Shown here: in pieces, positions 19,808 to 30,232 of the stretch
How the letters are laid out: the number at the start of each line of letters is the position of its first letter
Position numbering within the stretch: the first letter of the stretch is position 1
Assembly: GCA_947568535.1 (NCBI GenBank)
Contig: CANOPF010000001.1
Coordinates: 1 to 61,569 of the forward strand
Direction: 5' to 3'
Origin: an uncultured Clostridium sp.
GTDB taxonomy: Bacteria > Bacillota > Clostridia > TANB77 > CAG-508
DNA: 61,569 nt
Position numbers and translations under genes: made by a program
The notes under the pieces: model-generated
What the model was told of the DNA's origin: nothing
Databases searched by the model: none
The model's input: the letters and a program-made list of their open reading frames with translations, nothing else

Positions 19808-20287
19808 ATGGGAATATTAAAAAACGAATACAAAAGTTTTTTAGATGACATAGAAAAAAATATAAAAAATAAAGAAGATTTAGAATATGTAAAAGGAAGA
19901 TTTGCTTCTTTTCTAGATATCGTATTAGACCAAATGGATTATATTATGGAATATAAAAAAGAAGAGATTGCTAAATTAGAAGATACACAAAATAAACTTA
20001 CTTCTCAAATAGGGCAAATGCAACAAGTTATTGATAACATAGAAAAGGATATCTATACAGAAGATGGTTTTGATTTCGAAATTGTTTGTCCATACTGTAA
20101 TTATGAATTTATTATTGATGTAGATGAAAATAGAACGGAAATTGAATGTCCAGAATGTCAAAATATTATTGAGTTAGATTGGTCAGGAGATATTGATGGC
20201 GAAAGTGAAGAAAATAATGGATGTTCAGGAGAATGTCATGGCTGTCATGGTTGTGAAGAAGACAAAGATGAAGATGATGATATGTAG
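19808..20287 (+). CDS. CD1247 N-terminal domain-like zinc-ribbon protein with acidic Cys/His-rich tail
   Basis: Coiled-coil N-terminus, CPYC...CPEC zinc ribbon and the tail GCSGECHGCHGCEEDKDEDDDM. It follows efp, which I recall (not checked here) is its usual position in Clostridia. Confidence 0.65.
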   Translation: MGILKNEYKSFLDDIEKNIKNKEDLEYVKGRFASFLDIVLDQMDYIMEYKKEEIAKLEDTQNKLTSQIGQMQQVIDNIEKDIYTEDGFDFEIVCPYCNYEFIIDVDENRTEIECPECQNIIELDWSGDIDGESEENNGCSGECHGCHGCEEDKDEDDDM

Positions 20288-20319
20288 TCACAAAGGGAGA
20301 GTATTCCTTTGTGGCTTTT

Positions 20320-20953
20320 TTAAAAGTAATCCAAAGGATTTACATATTTTCCATCAATGCGAAAACCTAAATGAAGATGTGGACCAGTTGTTGCTCCATT
20401 AGTAGGATTTCCGTCTTTATCAAAATATTGGTTTCCTTTAACGCCATACACATTTTTAGGACCGACACAACCAATAACTTGTCCTTGTTTTACTTGATCA
20501 CCAACATTTACGATAAAATGGGGATCACAATGACAATAACTAACTCGATAATGTCCAAAAGAAAGCGTAATTGTATATCCGCCAGCACCTAAAAATTGTC
20601 TAAAAGTAATTTCACCATCGTTAACTGCAATAAATTTACTTCCAGGAGGAGCAGGTATATCAATTCCAGAATGAGAAGAGGATGCACCGACTAGTAGGAG
20701 ATATACGTTTTCCAAAGAAAGAACTAATTCTAGTATATCCTGGAATAGGCCAAACGAATCCATTAGGATTAAAATCTAAAATTTCAGAATTAGTTTGGTG
20801 AGAATAAGATAGATTATTGGTATGAAAAATGGGAATGAAAAAAGTGATAAGGAAAAAGGATAGAATACATAAAATGAGTAAAAAAGTTTTAATGTTTTTT
20901 AAAATAAAATCACCTCGATTTTTATTAATGATTAAATAAATAGGAACATACAA
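20320..20953 (-). CDS. M23 family metallopeptidase, frame broken at an in-frame CGG
   Basis: The upstream ORF has a TM helix plus FVWPIPGYTRISSFFGKRISPTS. The downstream ORF continues GASSSHSGIDIPAPPGSKFIAVNDG...GPHLHLGF. A single extra C (complement of 20689) separates the frames. Confidence 0.85.
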
Positions 20954-21042
20954 GATATAACAATAGAATAAAATGATAACGAACTTAAATAAAGAAAATA
21001 AAAGATGGGGGAAAAATTAGCCTATTGTAAATAAGCTTGAAT

Positions 21043-21207
21043 TTATATACCTCTACTTGTTGGTGAAAAAATTCTAGTGTTTTCAGAGTACTCGTGCATT
21101 GGCATTTTTGCATCTTTTTTGGAGTGATGAGAATCAGTCTTTTGTCCAGCAGATTTCATATTTTGTAACCATAGCTCTCTTTTTGAAAGTTTTTTATTTT
21201 TTTCCAT
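21043..21207 (-). CDS. hypothetical small basic protein (54 aa)
   Basis: Unlisted ORF MEKNKKLSKRELWLQNMKSAGQKTDSHHSKKDAKMPMHEYSENTRIFSPTSRGI immediately downstream of tRNA-Trp. There is no convincing RBS. Confidence 0.2.
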   Translation of the reverse strand: MEKNKKLSKRELWLQNMKSAGQKTDSHHSKKDAKMPMHEYSENTRIFSPTSRGI

Positions 21208-21218
21208 AGAAAGTCCAT

Positions 21219-21293
21219 TGGCAGGGGTAGAAGGATTCGAACCCTCACAGGCGGTTTTGGAGACCGATGTGCTACCATTAACACTATACCCCT
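21219..21293 (-). tRNA. trnW: tRNA-Trp (anticodon CCA), CCA end encoded
   Basis: The reverse complement folds as AGGGGTA-TA-GTGT-TAATGGTA-GCAC-A-TCGGT-CTCCAAA-ACCGC-CTGT-GAGGG-TTCGAAT-CCTTC-TACCCCT-G-CCA. The loop is CU-CCA-AA and the discriminator is G73, typical of bacterial tRNA-Trp. Confidence 0.9.
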
Positions 21294-21310
21294 ATATAAA
21301 CTACTTATTT

Positions 21311-21339
21311 ATCTTAGCATAAAATTGTGTTATTGACAA
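21311..21339 (-). promoter_or_regulatory. sigma-A type promoter for tRNA-Trp
   Basis: On the minus strand: TTGTCA, a 17-nt spacer, TAAGAT, about 17 nt before the mature tRNA 5' end. Confidence 0.5.
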
Positions 21340-21455
21340 GAGAAAAGTAAAATTTTATTCAATTACTTAAGAAATTCTCTTTATATTATATTATGAATAT
21401 TCTACCATAATATGAATAAAATGAAAATAGTTTTTCCCTAATTCTTACAGAAATA

Positions 21456-21484
21456 TTGACTTTTTTTTAATAGGATAATATAAT
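21456..21484 (+). promoter_or_regulatory. sigma-A type promoter upstream of glyQS
   Basis: TTGACT, a 17-nt spacer, then TATAAT. Confidence 0.55.
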
Positions 21485-21539
21485 AAACGAAATGTATTAC
21501 TAGATGTTAAAACGTTTTTTGTTAAGATAAAGGAGTGAA

Positions 21540-22928
21540 ATGATTATGATAAAAACAATGGATACTTTAGTAGCACTTTGTAAAAATAGAGGGTATATAT
21601 ATCCTGGCTCTGAGATTTATGGGGGACTAGCTAATACATGGGATTATGGACCATTAGGTGTTGAATTAAAAAATAATGTGAAAGAAGCATGGAGAAAAAA
21701 ATTTATTCAGGAAAATTCCCACAATGTTGGTCTAGATGCAGCAATTTTAATGAATCCAACAACTTGGGTAGCCTCAGGACATGTGGGAGGATTTTCTGAT
21801 CCATTAATTGACTGTAAATCGTGTAAAACAAGACATAGAGCAGATAAATTAATTGAAGAATGGGCACATGAACAAGGAAAAGATATGATAGCAGATGGAA
21901 TGTCTGATAATGAGATGATAACCTTTATGAAGGAAAATAGAATTAATTGTCCAAAATGTGGAGCACATGATTTTACAGACATTAGGAAATTTAATTTAAT
22001 GTTTAAAACGTTTCAGGGCGTAACAGAAGATGCGAAAGCCGAAATTTATTTAAGACCAGAAACAGCACAAGGTATATTCGTGAATGTTAAAAATGTGTTA
22101 AGAACGACAAGGAAAAAGTTACCAATGGGTATTGCCCAAATTGGTAAATCGTTTAGAAATGAAATAACACCAGGAAACTTTACGTTTAGAACAAGAGAAT
22201 TTGAACAAATGGAATTAGAATTTTTCTGTAAGCCAGGAACAGATATAGAATGGCAAAAATATTGGAAAAACTTCTGCAAGCAATGGTTATTAAATTTAGG
22301 AATGACAGAAAAAAATATACGATTACGAGAACATTCACCAGAAGAATTATCACATTATAGTAAGGCAACAACCGATATTGAATATCAATTCCCTTTTGGC
22401 TGGGGGGAGTTATGGGGAATTGCTGATAGAACAGACTATGATTTAAAATCTCATATGGAAGTATCAAAAGAAGACTTCCACTATACAGATCCAGAAACAG
22501 GAGAGAAATATATTCCTTATTGTATTGAACCATCAGTAGGAGCAGATAGAGTAACATTAGCCTTTTTATGTGACAGCTATGAAGAAGAACAAATGCCAGA
22601 AGGAGATACTAGAGTTGTATTACATTTGCATCCAGTTTTAGCTCCATACAAAGTAGCAATTTTGCCTTTATCTAAGAAGTTATCAGAAAAAGCAGAAGAA
22701 GTTTATCAAAAATTGGCTAAGAAATTTATGTGTGATTATGATGAAACAGGAAGTATAGGAAAACGTTATAGAAGACAAGATGAAATTGGTACGCCATATT
22801 GTGTAACAATAGATTTTGATACACTAGAGGATGAATCAGTAACCATAAGAGATAGAGATTCAATGGAGCAGATACGATTGAAAATTGACGAAGTGACTCC
22901 ATGGATAGAAGAAAAATTAATTTTTTAG
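21540..22928 (+). CDS. glyQS: glycine--tRNA ligase (homodimeric class II GlyQS type)
   Basis: 462 aa. [49 protein letters not shown] and an anticodon-binding C-terminus. Confidence 0.93.
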   Translation: MIMIKTMDTLVALCKNRGYIYPGSEIYGGLANTWDYGPLGVELKNNVKEAWRKKFIQENSHNVGLDAAILMNPTTWVASGHVGGFSDPLIDCKSCKTRHRADKLIEEWAHEQGKDMIADGMSDNEMITFMKENRINCPKCGAHDFTDIRKFNLMFKTFQGVTEDAKAEIYLRPETAQGIFVNVKNVLRTTRKKLPMGIAQIGKSFRNEITPGNFTFRTREFEQMELEFFCKPGTDIEWQKYWKNFCKQWLLNLGMTEKNIRLREHSPEELSHYSKATTDIEYQFPFGWGELWGIADRTDYDLKSHMEVSKEDFHYTDPETGEKYIPYCIEPSVGADRVTLAFLCDSYEEEQMPEGDTRVVLHLHPVLAPYKVAILPLSKKLSEKAEEVYQKLAKKFMCDYDETGSIGKRYRRQDEIGTPYCVTIDFDTLEDESVTIRDRDSMEQIRLKIDEVTPWIEEKLIF

Positions 22929-22974
22929 ACAGGAAAATACCACTAAGAAAATGTGTTTCTTTAGTGGTATTTAT

Positions 22975-23157
22975 TTATACATTTCTTTCATATAAATCTT
23001 TAATAAATACATCCTTTTCTTCAAAATTATCAACAAAGCCAATTTTGGCTATTTGTTCATTCTCATTAAGTCCTTGAACCCAAACAGGTCTTTCTTGATA
23101 GTAAACATCAAATTTTTCATTATTGTTTAATATGGTATACATTCTTTCTAAATTCAT
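22975..23157 (-). CDS. sspH: H-type small acid-soluble spore protein
   Basis: MNLERMYTILNNNEKFDVYYQERPVWVQGLNENEQIAKIGF... fits the SspH pattern (..V.Y.G.PVW...). The ATG lies behind GGAGG; the track ORF starts 5 codons earlier. Confidence 0.7.
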   Translation of the reverse strand: MNLERMYTILNNNEKFDVYYQERPVWVQGLNENEQIAKIGFVDNFEEKDVFIKDLYERNV

Positions 23158-23371
23158 GAACAAAACCTCCATTTATGATTAATATTATTAAAAGTATATC
23201 CATAAAAGATAGAAATATAACGTTACGTTTATGTTTTTTAGAAAAAATTATGTATCATTTTATTTTTAATATCATTTTGTTGTTTCATCACAAGTATAAA
23301 CAGCAAAAAATAACATAAGTTGACTTATTATTTTATTTAGGATACAATAAAAAAATAAAGGAGGAAGTTTG

Positions 23372-25012
23372 ATGAAAATACAATATAAAAATAAGATACT
23401 GGAAGTAGAACACAAAATAAGTATACAAGAACTATTGCAAGACGAAATCGAAGAAAGTGAATATCCTGTGATAGGAGCAATTTTTAATCATGAATATGTG
23501 AATTTAGGTTATCCAATAGAACAAGATGGAGAAATAAAATTAATTGATATTTCATCCAAAGAAGGAACAAAAATGTATAGAAGAACAATTATTTATATTT
23601 TAGGTAAGGCCTTGGAAAAGATTTGTCCTGATAAAAAAATGATTGTTAATTATCAGTTACCCAATTCCATGTTTTGTGAAATAGAAGGAACAGAAATAAC
23701 CGATGAGTTAATAGAAAAACTAAATGAACAAATGCATCAAATAGTAAGAAGTAATCTACCAATTAAACAAGTCATTATGACAAGAGAAGAAGCAGAAGCA
23801 TTTTATCAACAAAACGACATTTCAAAAGGAAGATTACAATTAGATTTATCTGATAACCAAGAAATTTTTATGTATTATTGTGAAGATTACTATAACTACT
23901 GTTATGGGACAATAGCCAATCGAACAGGAGTTACCAAAGTATTTGAAATTATGAAGTATGAAGATGGGTTTCTAGTAAGATATCCAAGTTCAGACAAAGT
24001 TAATCAATTACCCAAATTAATCCAAACTAAAAAATTAGCTTGGGCCTTAGATGAATATGATGATATTCATAAAATATTAAATATAAATACAGTATACAAA
24101 TTAAATAAAGCAGTAGAAGAAGATAAGATTAACGATATTATTATGTTAGATGAAGCTTTACATGAAAAGAAAATAGCCAATATAGCTGATAAAATAGCAC
24201 AAAACAGAAAAGTAAAAATGATATTAATAGCTGGGCCATCATCATCAGGAAAAACTACATTTGCACAAAGATTAGGTATTCAATTAAGAATTAATCGAAT
24301 TAAACCAGTTACAATATCAGTAGATAATTATTTTGTAGAAAGAAAAGATACACCAAGAGATAAAAATGGAAATTATGATTTTGAATGTATTGAAGCAATT
24401 GATTTAGATTTATTTAATCAGCATTTAACAAGATTATTAGCAGGAGAGGAAGTTGAGATACCAGAATTTGATTTTCATGTAGGAACCAAGAGATATAAAG
24501 GGAAAAAGTTAAAATTAGAGCCAGATCAAGTTTTGGTTATAGAAGGGATTCATTGCTTAAATGATAAATTAACCAGTAAAATTCCTAAAGATCAAAAATA
24601 TAAAATATACATTAGTGCTTTAACCGTATTAAACATGGATCGATATAATAGAATCTCTACAACTGATACAAGACTAATAAGAAGAATTGTCAGAGATTAT
24701 CAATTTAGAGGTTATGATGCTAAACATACGATAGCTACCTGGCATTTAGTCAATACAGGAGAAGAAAGAAATATTTTTCCTTTTCAAGAAGAGGCAAACA
24801 GCATTTTTAATACCTCTCTTATTTATGAATTAGGTGTACTAAAAGGAGTGGTTATGCCATTACTAGAGGAAATCAAACAAAAAGAGCCAGAATATGCTGA
24901 AGCTAGAAGATTAATCAATATGCTAAAATACTTTCAAACAATTCCTTCTGAATATGTCCCAACAAATTCACTATTAAAAGAATTTTTAGGTGGTGGAAAT
25001 TTTAGTTATTAG
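23372..25012 (+). CDS. uridine kinase-family nucleoside kinase with N-terminal TGS/ThrRS-like domains
   Basis: The C-terminal half has the P-loop IAGPSSSGKTTFAQRL and a uridine-kinase fold (VIEGIH). The N-terminal half resembles ThrRS N-terminal additional domains. Confidence 0.7.
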   Translation: MKIQYKNKILEVEHKISIQELLQDEIEESEYPVIGAIFNHEYVNLGYPIEQDGEIKLIDISSKEGTKMYRRTIIYILGKALEKICPDKKMIVNYQLPNSMFCEIEGTEITDELIEKLNEQMHQIVRSNLPIKQVIMTREEAEAFYQQNDISKGRLQLDLSDNQEIFMYYCEDYYNYCYGTIANRTGVTKVFEIMKYEDGFLVRYPSSDKVNQLPKLIQTKKLAWALDEYDDIHKILNINTVYKLNKAVEEDKINDIIMLDEALHEKKIANIADKIAQNRKVKMILIAGPSSSGKTTFAQRLGIQLRINRIKPVTISVDNYFVERKDTPRDKNGNYDFECIEAIDLDLFNQHLTRLLAGEEVEIPEFDFHVGTKRYKGKKLKLEPDQVLVIEGIHCLNDKLTSKIPKDQKYKIYISALTVLNMDRYNRISTTDTRLIRRIVRDYQFRGYDAKHTIATWHLVNTGEERNIFPFQEEANSIFNTSLIYELGVLKGVVMPLLEEIKQKEPEYAEARRLINMLKYFQTIPSEYVPTNSLLKEFLGGGNFSY

Positions 25013-25064
25013 GAAAGAACAGCACAAAGATTGAGTTAACTAATGCAGTAGAAAAGAGGAAGAA

Positions 25065-25379
25065 ATGAAATCAAGAAATTTTGTAGAAATTGATGAAGCG
25101 TTTATTTGCGAAAATTGTGGAAAAAAAGTAGAAAAATTGGGATATTCATGTAGAAATCATTGTCCTTATTGTTTACATTCTAAACATGTAGATAAAAATC
25201 CTGGAGATAGAGAAGAACAGTGTCATGGTGATTTAGAACCGATAAGTCTAGAGATAGATGGAAAAAAGGGGTATGTTATTGTTTTTCGATGTAAAACCTG
25301 TAAAGTAATCCGAAAGAATAAAGCAGCTAAAGATGATAATATGGATTTAATGATTCATTTAAGTAGTAAACCGATTTAA
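25065..25379 (+). CDS. RNHCP domain-containing zinc-finger protein
   Basis: Literal motif CRNHCPYCLHSKH plus additional CxxC pairs (CENCG, CKTCK). Confidence 0.75.
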   Translation: MKSRNFVEIDEAFICENCGKKVEKLGYSCRNHCPYCLHSKHVDKNPGDREEQCHGDLEPISLEIDGKKGYVIVFRCKTCKVIRKNKAAKDDNMDLMIHLSSKPI

Positions 25380-25383
25380 AAGG

Positions 25384-25415
25384 AAAAATTGCCAAAGGTT
25401 TCTTTGGCAATTTTA
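25384..25415. terminator. bidirectional terminator between convergent genes
   Basis: ATTGCCAAAG-gtttc-CTTTGGCAAT flanked by an A-run and a T-run. Confidence 0.75.
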
Positions 25416-27863
25416 GATTTTACGATTCAAATTTCCATTGGTGTATAGTTTTCCTTCTAGACGTTTTCCCTCTTTTACTAATTGAACAATAGTATTGATC
25501 TGGGAGATATCTTCTTCTAAAATATCGATTCTAGCAAAGTCGATCGAAAAATCCTGAGGGCAAATAGAAGTGATTTTACTATTAAATAAAATGGTTACTG
25601 TTTGAACATTATCTGGTAGAATAGGAAAGCTTATATTTAGCCTATCTTTTACATAGTAAGTATTTGTGCTTTGACAGCGGGCACTACAGTTAGGATAACA
25701 TTTATCCGTTTCACCTAATAAGCAATAATTCATATTCATTAAGGGGAGTCTTCCATATACTATTAATTCTTTTGGTAAATCATTAGTATTACTTAAGAAT
25801 TGAATCGCTTGTTTATCTAATTCTGGTGATAGTGTAAATCGACTTATACCAAGTTCTTTTAATGCTAAAATGGTCTTTTGATTAAAAACATTAAAGGTAT
25901 AGTTTGTAACTAATGCAAAGTTTGTATTCAAATCGGAAAATAATTCCATCAATAGTTTAATATTACCGATGTTTGAAATGACAAATCCCTGTATATTGTA
26001 TTTTTTTACCGATTTTTCTGCACTAGCATAAAATAGGTTGTTATAGTTCCCTTTGATAATTGTTGGCATATAAATGTAAGTTTTAAAATTCTTGCTTAAT
26101 GTTTTCAAAATCGTCTCATATTTTTTGTCAGTAAAATATCTTAACGGAATGTAAATGGTATCAATTTGTGTACTTAAATTGGTGTAATCTAAGTTTAGAT
26201 GAAGTTGATTAAATAAAACAGACACTTGTGGATATAGACTATCTTTTTTTATCTTATTTTCTGCATTAGATAAGGAAATGGGTTTTCCTAATGTATAAGT
26301 GAGCGGATTTGTACAATGATAACGAGAACAATTAGCTATGGCATAATCCTGAACTTGTTCTAAAGCAGTTCGGCGAAGTTCATTTAAAAGACTAATTTTG
26401 GGAAGAAATAGATTAGGCTCTAAATCAACTTTTATCTGTTTAAATTCATAGGGGGTAGAGGCTGTTTTTGCAATTTGCTGGATAACTATTTGCTCATTTA
26501 ATGGTCTATTCTTAGCTTCTATTGGAAATTCATTTAGTTGATATTGAAGGTTCAAGTCTTTGTATAGGGCGATAGAATTAGCTGGAGTAATATGGATGGT
26601 AATAGGCTGATTTCTTTTAATGGTTATTTTGGCATTTAACTGTATTTTTCGGTATTCTTTTTGGTAACTTTGTTTGGCTAAAGTGGTTAATTCTTTAGAA
26701 GAAATTTTATAGATTTTATCATTACAAGAAATATTTCCTTTCATTCTTCCAATGGTGACAGTTTGCCCAATCTTTGTTTCTTGTATATTTTTATTGTTCT
26801 CCATTAATTCAGAAATGGTATATGTTCCAGATTCTTTTTCTATAGAAATGGTATCGCCAATTTTTATAGGTTCTTTTAATTTGATTGTAATCAGACCTTT
26901 TGTAGGATGATAATGTTGTACTTTTCCAAGGAATAATCCCATGTTATTCGGTTTATCTTTAAACACTAAATTTTTATTTGGCTCAGAACCTAGATGACCA
27001 GAGGAAGACATGCCACGGTTAAATACTTGCATTAATATCTTTCGGTCAGTTGAATCTATAACATAAGGTTCATTCGATGAAGCTAAATCAATATATTTTT
27101 TATATATTCGTGTGACAGTTGCTACATATTCAGGAGATTTCATTCTTCCTTCAATTTTTAGACATTTTACACCAGCTTTAAGAAAAGAAGGGATATATTC
27201 TAGACTGCATAAGTCACGAGTACTAAGCAGATACCCATAGTCGACTTTTTTCTGATTTTCCCATAATTCATAAGGAAGTCTACAAGGTTGAGCACATTTT
27301 CCACGATTCCCAGATCGACCTCCTAACATACTTGAAAATAGGCATTGTCCTGAGTAGGAAATACATAAGGCACCATGAGCAAAACATTCAATTTCAATAT
27401 GTGAGTTTTTATGAATATATTCAATTTCGTTAAGAGAAAGTTCACGGGAAAGAACCACTCGTTTAAAGCCAAGTTCTTGTAGTTGTAAAGCACCATTTAA
27501 GTTATGTACAGTCATTTGTGTACTAGCATGAATGGGTAAATCAGGAAAATATTTAATTAATTTCATAGCTAAACCTAAATCTTGCACGATAATGGCATGA
27601 ATACCATATTCATAGGCAGTTTTGGCTAGCAGAAAAGCTTTTTCTAATTCATCATCTTTAATTAAAGTATTTAGGGTTAAATATGTTTTTACACCACGAA
27701 TTTTCGCATAATGAATAACTGATTTTAAATCATTAAGATTAAAGTTGTGGGCAAAAGCTCTAGCATTAAAAAGATTAGAGCCAAAGTAGACGCTATTAGC
27801 ACCATTCTGTACAGCTGCTTTTAAACATTCAAAATCACCAACAGGTGAGAGTAATTCGATCAT
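25413..27863 (-). CDS. U32 family peptidase (long, multi-domain form)
   Basis: N-terminus MIELLSPVGDFECLKAAVQNGANSVYFG, E.FAHGALCISYSGQC and GRSGNRGKCAQPCR are U32 signatures. ATG 27863 lies behind AAGGAG. Confidence 0.85.
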   Translation of the reverse strand: MIELLSPVGDFECLKAAVQNGANSVYFGSNLFNARAFAHNFNLNDLKSVIHYAKIRGVKTYLTLNTLIKDDELEKAFLLAKTAYEYGIHAIIVQDLGLAMKLIKYFPDLPIHASTQMTVHNLNGALQLQELGFKRVVLSRELSLNEIEYIHKNSHIEIECFAHGALCISYSGQCLFSSMLGGRSGNRGKCAQPCRLPYELWENQKKVDYGYLLSTRDLCSLEYIPSFLKAGVKCLKIEGRMKSPEYVATVTRIYKKYIDLASSNEPYVIDSTDRKILMQVFNRGMSSSGHLGSEPNKNLVFKDKPNNMGLFLGKVQHYHPTKGLITIKLKEPIKIGDTISIEKESGTYTISELMENNKNIQETKIGQTVTIGRMKGNISCNDKIYKISSKELTTLAKQSYQKEYRKIQLNAKITIKRNQPITIHITPANSIALYKDLNLQYQLNEFPIEAKNRPLNEQIVIQQIAKTASTPYEFKQIKVDLEPNLFLPKISLLNELRRTALEQVQDYAIANCSRYHCTNPLTYTLGKPISLSNAENKIKKDSLYPQVSVLFNQLHLNLDYTNLSTQIDTIYIPLRYFTDKKYETILKTLSKNFKTYIYMPTIIKGNYNNLFYASAEKSVKKYNIQGFVISNIGNIKLLMELFSDLNTNFALVTNYTFNVFNQKTILALKELGISRFTLSPELDKQAIQFLSNTNDLPKELIVYGRLPLMNMNYCLLGETDKCYPNCSARCQSTNTYYVKDRLNISFPILPDNVQTVTILFNSKITSICPQDFSIDFARIDILEEDISQINTIVQLVKEGKRLEGKLYTNGNLNRKI

Positions 27864-28062
27864 GTTAAACTCCTTTCGTTTATTTTTCTTATATTGTATC
27901 ACAGAAAGAAAGTAATTTATAGAATAAAAGCAGATTTTTATAGTTTACTTCATATTGCTTAAAGCAAATAAGAAAAAAGGAATAACAGAAAAGAATCTAG
28001 TTGACGAAAAAATAGCCAAATGATAAAATGAAAATATAAATGAAATAGATGGGAGAAATGAG

Positions 28063-29052
28063 ATGAAAAATCAAAAGAAAATAATTAGTATTATGATATT
28101 TAGTGGTATTATCATGTTTAGTTTGTTTATGAGTAAGAGTTATGCTGTTAAGGAAGAAGATGAGGGAAATCGTACACAAGGACAAAATACTGTAAATGCC
28201 ATAAAAAAAGATAACAATACAGTAAAAGTCGAGGGAAGTCAGGCGAATAATGCTAATTTAAGTAATTTAGGAATTAAACCATATGATTTTACTGGTTTTA
28301 AGTATGGTACAACATCTTATGAAGTAAAGATACCAGAAAATACAGATATGATAGAGGTTTATGCTACTGCACAACACGAAAAGGCAACAATAACAGGTAC
28401 GGGAAAGAAAAAGTTAAAAAAGGGGAAAAATAACATAGAGGTTGAAGTAACAGCAGAAGATGGAACAAAAAAGATATATACTATTCAGATTATTCGTGGA
28501 GAAGAACAGGAAGAGAAGCAAGAAGGGTTGTCAAAATTGAGTATTTCTGGCTTAACTTTATCACCAGAATTTAACATGGATCAGTATACCTATATGGTTA
28601 GTTATGAAGGAGAAGAAACGCAATTAACAATACAAACAGAAACAACCAGTCAAGATTATACAGTAGAAGTAATAGGAAATTTTGGATTAGAGGAAGGCGA
28701 AAATATGATTACTTTATTAGTTGCCAAAAAAAATGGAGATCATGTAGCAACATATCAAATCATGGTATATAAGAGTTTACCGAAAGAAAAAGAAGTAATA
28801 CACAAAGAAGACGATGTATCTAAAAGCATGATAGGAGCAATGGTAGCAGTAGGAATCATTTTTTTCCTTATTATGATGATTAGAATAAAGCAGAAAAAGA
28901 GCCATTTTGTGGAAGAATATTCAGAAACATCTTTATATGATGAAAAGGCAAAAGAAGAGCTAGAAGACGAGAAGAACTCGTTAAAGGAAATGGATAAAGA
29001 AGAAAGGGAAAACAAGAAAAAGGGAAAATATAAGGGAAAGAGATTTAAGTAA
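28063..29052 (+). CDS. secreted cadherin-like beta-sandwich domain protein with C-terminal TM anchor and Lys/Glu-rich tail
   Basis: Signal peptide, then two repeats of the L..L.....L.P.F....T.Y...V...............G.N.I...V.AEDG....Y.I type, a TM helix IGAMVAVGIIFFLIMMI and a charged tail. Confidence 0.7.
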   Translation: MKNQKKIISIMIFSGIIMFSLFMSKSYAVKEEDEGNRTQGQNTVNAIKKDNNTVKVEGSQANNANLSNLGIKPYDFTGFKYGTTSYEVKIPENTDMIEVYATAQHEKATITGTGKKKLKKGKNNIEVEVTAEDGTKKIYTIQIIRGEEQEEKQEGLSKLSISGLTLSPEFNMDQYTYMVSYEGEETQLTIQTETTSQDYTVEVIGNFGLEEGENMITLLVAKKNGDHVATYQIMVYKSLPKEKEVIHKEDDVSKSMIGAMVAVGIIFFLIMMIRIKQKKSHFVEEYSETSLYDEKAKEELEDEKNSLKEMDKEERENKKKGKYKGKRFK

Positions 29053-29064
29053 AGGAAAGAGATA

Positions 29065-30162
29065 ATGATAGAAATGAAAGAATTATCAAGACAAGAGAAA
29101 ATAGGACAAATGATTATTATCGGAATGGATACAAATTATATAACAGAAAGAATCAAATCTATGATAACAGAATATAAAGTGGGAGGTATTATTCTATATC
29201 GAAAGAATTTTAATACATACCCAGAAATGTTGGCGTTAATTAGGCAATTGAAAGAACTAAATAAAGCTAATAAAATTCCACTGTGGATTGCTGTTGATCA
29301 AGAAGGTGGTAGAGTTAATCGTATGCCTAGGGAAATGTTGAATTTGCCATCAGCTAATCAAATAGCAACAAAAGGAGGAATAGAAGAAGTAGAAAAATCT
29401 GCTGAGATTATTGGGAAGATATTAAGACAGTCAGGATATCACATCAATTTTGCACCTGTATTAGATATCAAAAGATTTAGTGATCATCATGCTATAGGAG
29501 ATAGATGTTATGGAGAAAGTAAAGAAAGAGTAGCAGAGTATGGCATAGCTATGATGAAGAAGCTACAAGAACAAGGGATTATGGCTGTTTTGAAACATTT
29601 CCCAGGTCATGGTGCAACAAAGAAAGATTCACATTATTTTTTGCCAATGATAAGTCAAGCTATGTCTCAATTACAAAAAGAAGATATGTATCCATTTGAA
29701 CAGGCAATAAAAAATGGTGCAGATGCTATATTAGTAGGACATTTATTGATAAAAAATGTTACTGGAATTTATCCAGCTTCTTTATCGAGAAAATTTATTA
29801 CCCAAAATTTAAGAATGAAGTATAAATATAATGGATTAATTGTAACAGATGACTTAAAAATGAGGGCAATTAAATTTATTTATGGAACGGATTGGGCAGT
29901 GAGAAAAGCATTTGAAGCAGGAAATGATGTGATTATATTTCGTTTTAGTCAACAAGAAGAAAGAGAAGCCATACAAAAAGTAGTCAATTTAGTACAAGAA
30001 GGAAAGATCAAAGAAAATAGAATTAATCGAAGTGTTAGAAGGATTATTAAGATGAAGGAAAAATATCATATTTCTGATGAGGAGAAAAATGAAGGTGTTC
30101 AGCTAGAAGAGATAAATTCTGAAATTAAACGAATAAGAAGGATTTGTGGTTTAGACGATTGA
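29065..30162 (+). CDS. nagZ: glycoside hydrolase family 3 beta-N-acetylhexosaminidase
   Basis: DQEGGRVNR, KHFPGHG and VTDDL motifs. Confidence 0.85.
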   Translation: MIEMKELSRQEKIGQMIIIGMDTNYITERIKSMITEYKVGGIILYRKNFNTYPEMLALIRQLKELNKANKIPLWIAVDQEGGRVNRMPREMLNLPSANQIATKGGIEEVEKSAEIIGKILRQSGYHINFAPVLDIKRFSDHHAIGDRCYGESKERVAEYGIAMMKKLQEQGIMAVLKHFPGHGATKKDSHYFLPMISQAMSQLQKEDMYPFEQAIKNGADAILVGHLLIKNVTGIYPASLSRKFITQNLRMKYKYNGLIVTDDLKMRAIKFIYGTDWAVRKAFEAGNDVIIFRFSQQEEREAIQKVVNLVQEGKIKENRINRSVRRIIKMKEKYHISDEEKNEGVQLEEINSEIKRIRRICGLDD

Positions 30163-30175
30163 TTATTTATAACAA

Positions 30176-30212
30176 TAAAAAGCATGTAAGGCATTGCCTT
30201 ACATGCTTTTTA
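30176..30212. terminator. bidirectional terminator between nagZ and the YjcZ-like ORF
   Basis: Perfect palindrome AGCATGTAAGGCA-t-TGCCTTACATGCT flanked by AAAA and TTTT. Confidence 0.8.
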
Positions 30213-30232
30213 TTTGTTTTATGGTGTTAAAA

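Noticed and set aside
20193-20592. Plus-strand ORFs of 69 and 73 aa overlapping the CD1247-like tail and the M23 gene.
   Set aside because: They are out of frame or antisense to better-supported genes and have no RBS.
22046-22557. Minus-strand ORFs of 77 and 123 aa inside glyQS.
   Set aside because: They are antisense shadows with Leu/Ile/Phe-rich translations.
23158-23260. A possible forespore (sigma-G/F type) promoter for sspH (GGATA ... CATAAAT).
   Set aside because: The spacing (about 19 nt) and both hexamers deviate from the consensus as I remember it. The match is too weak to call.
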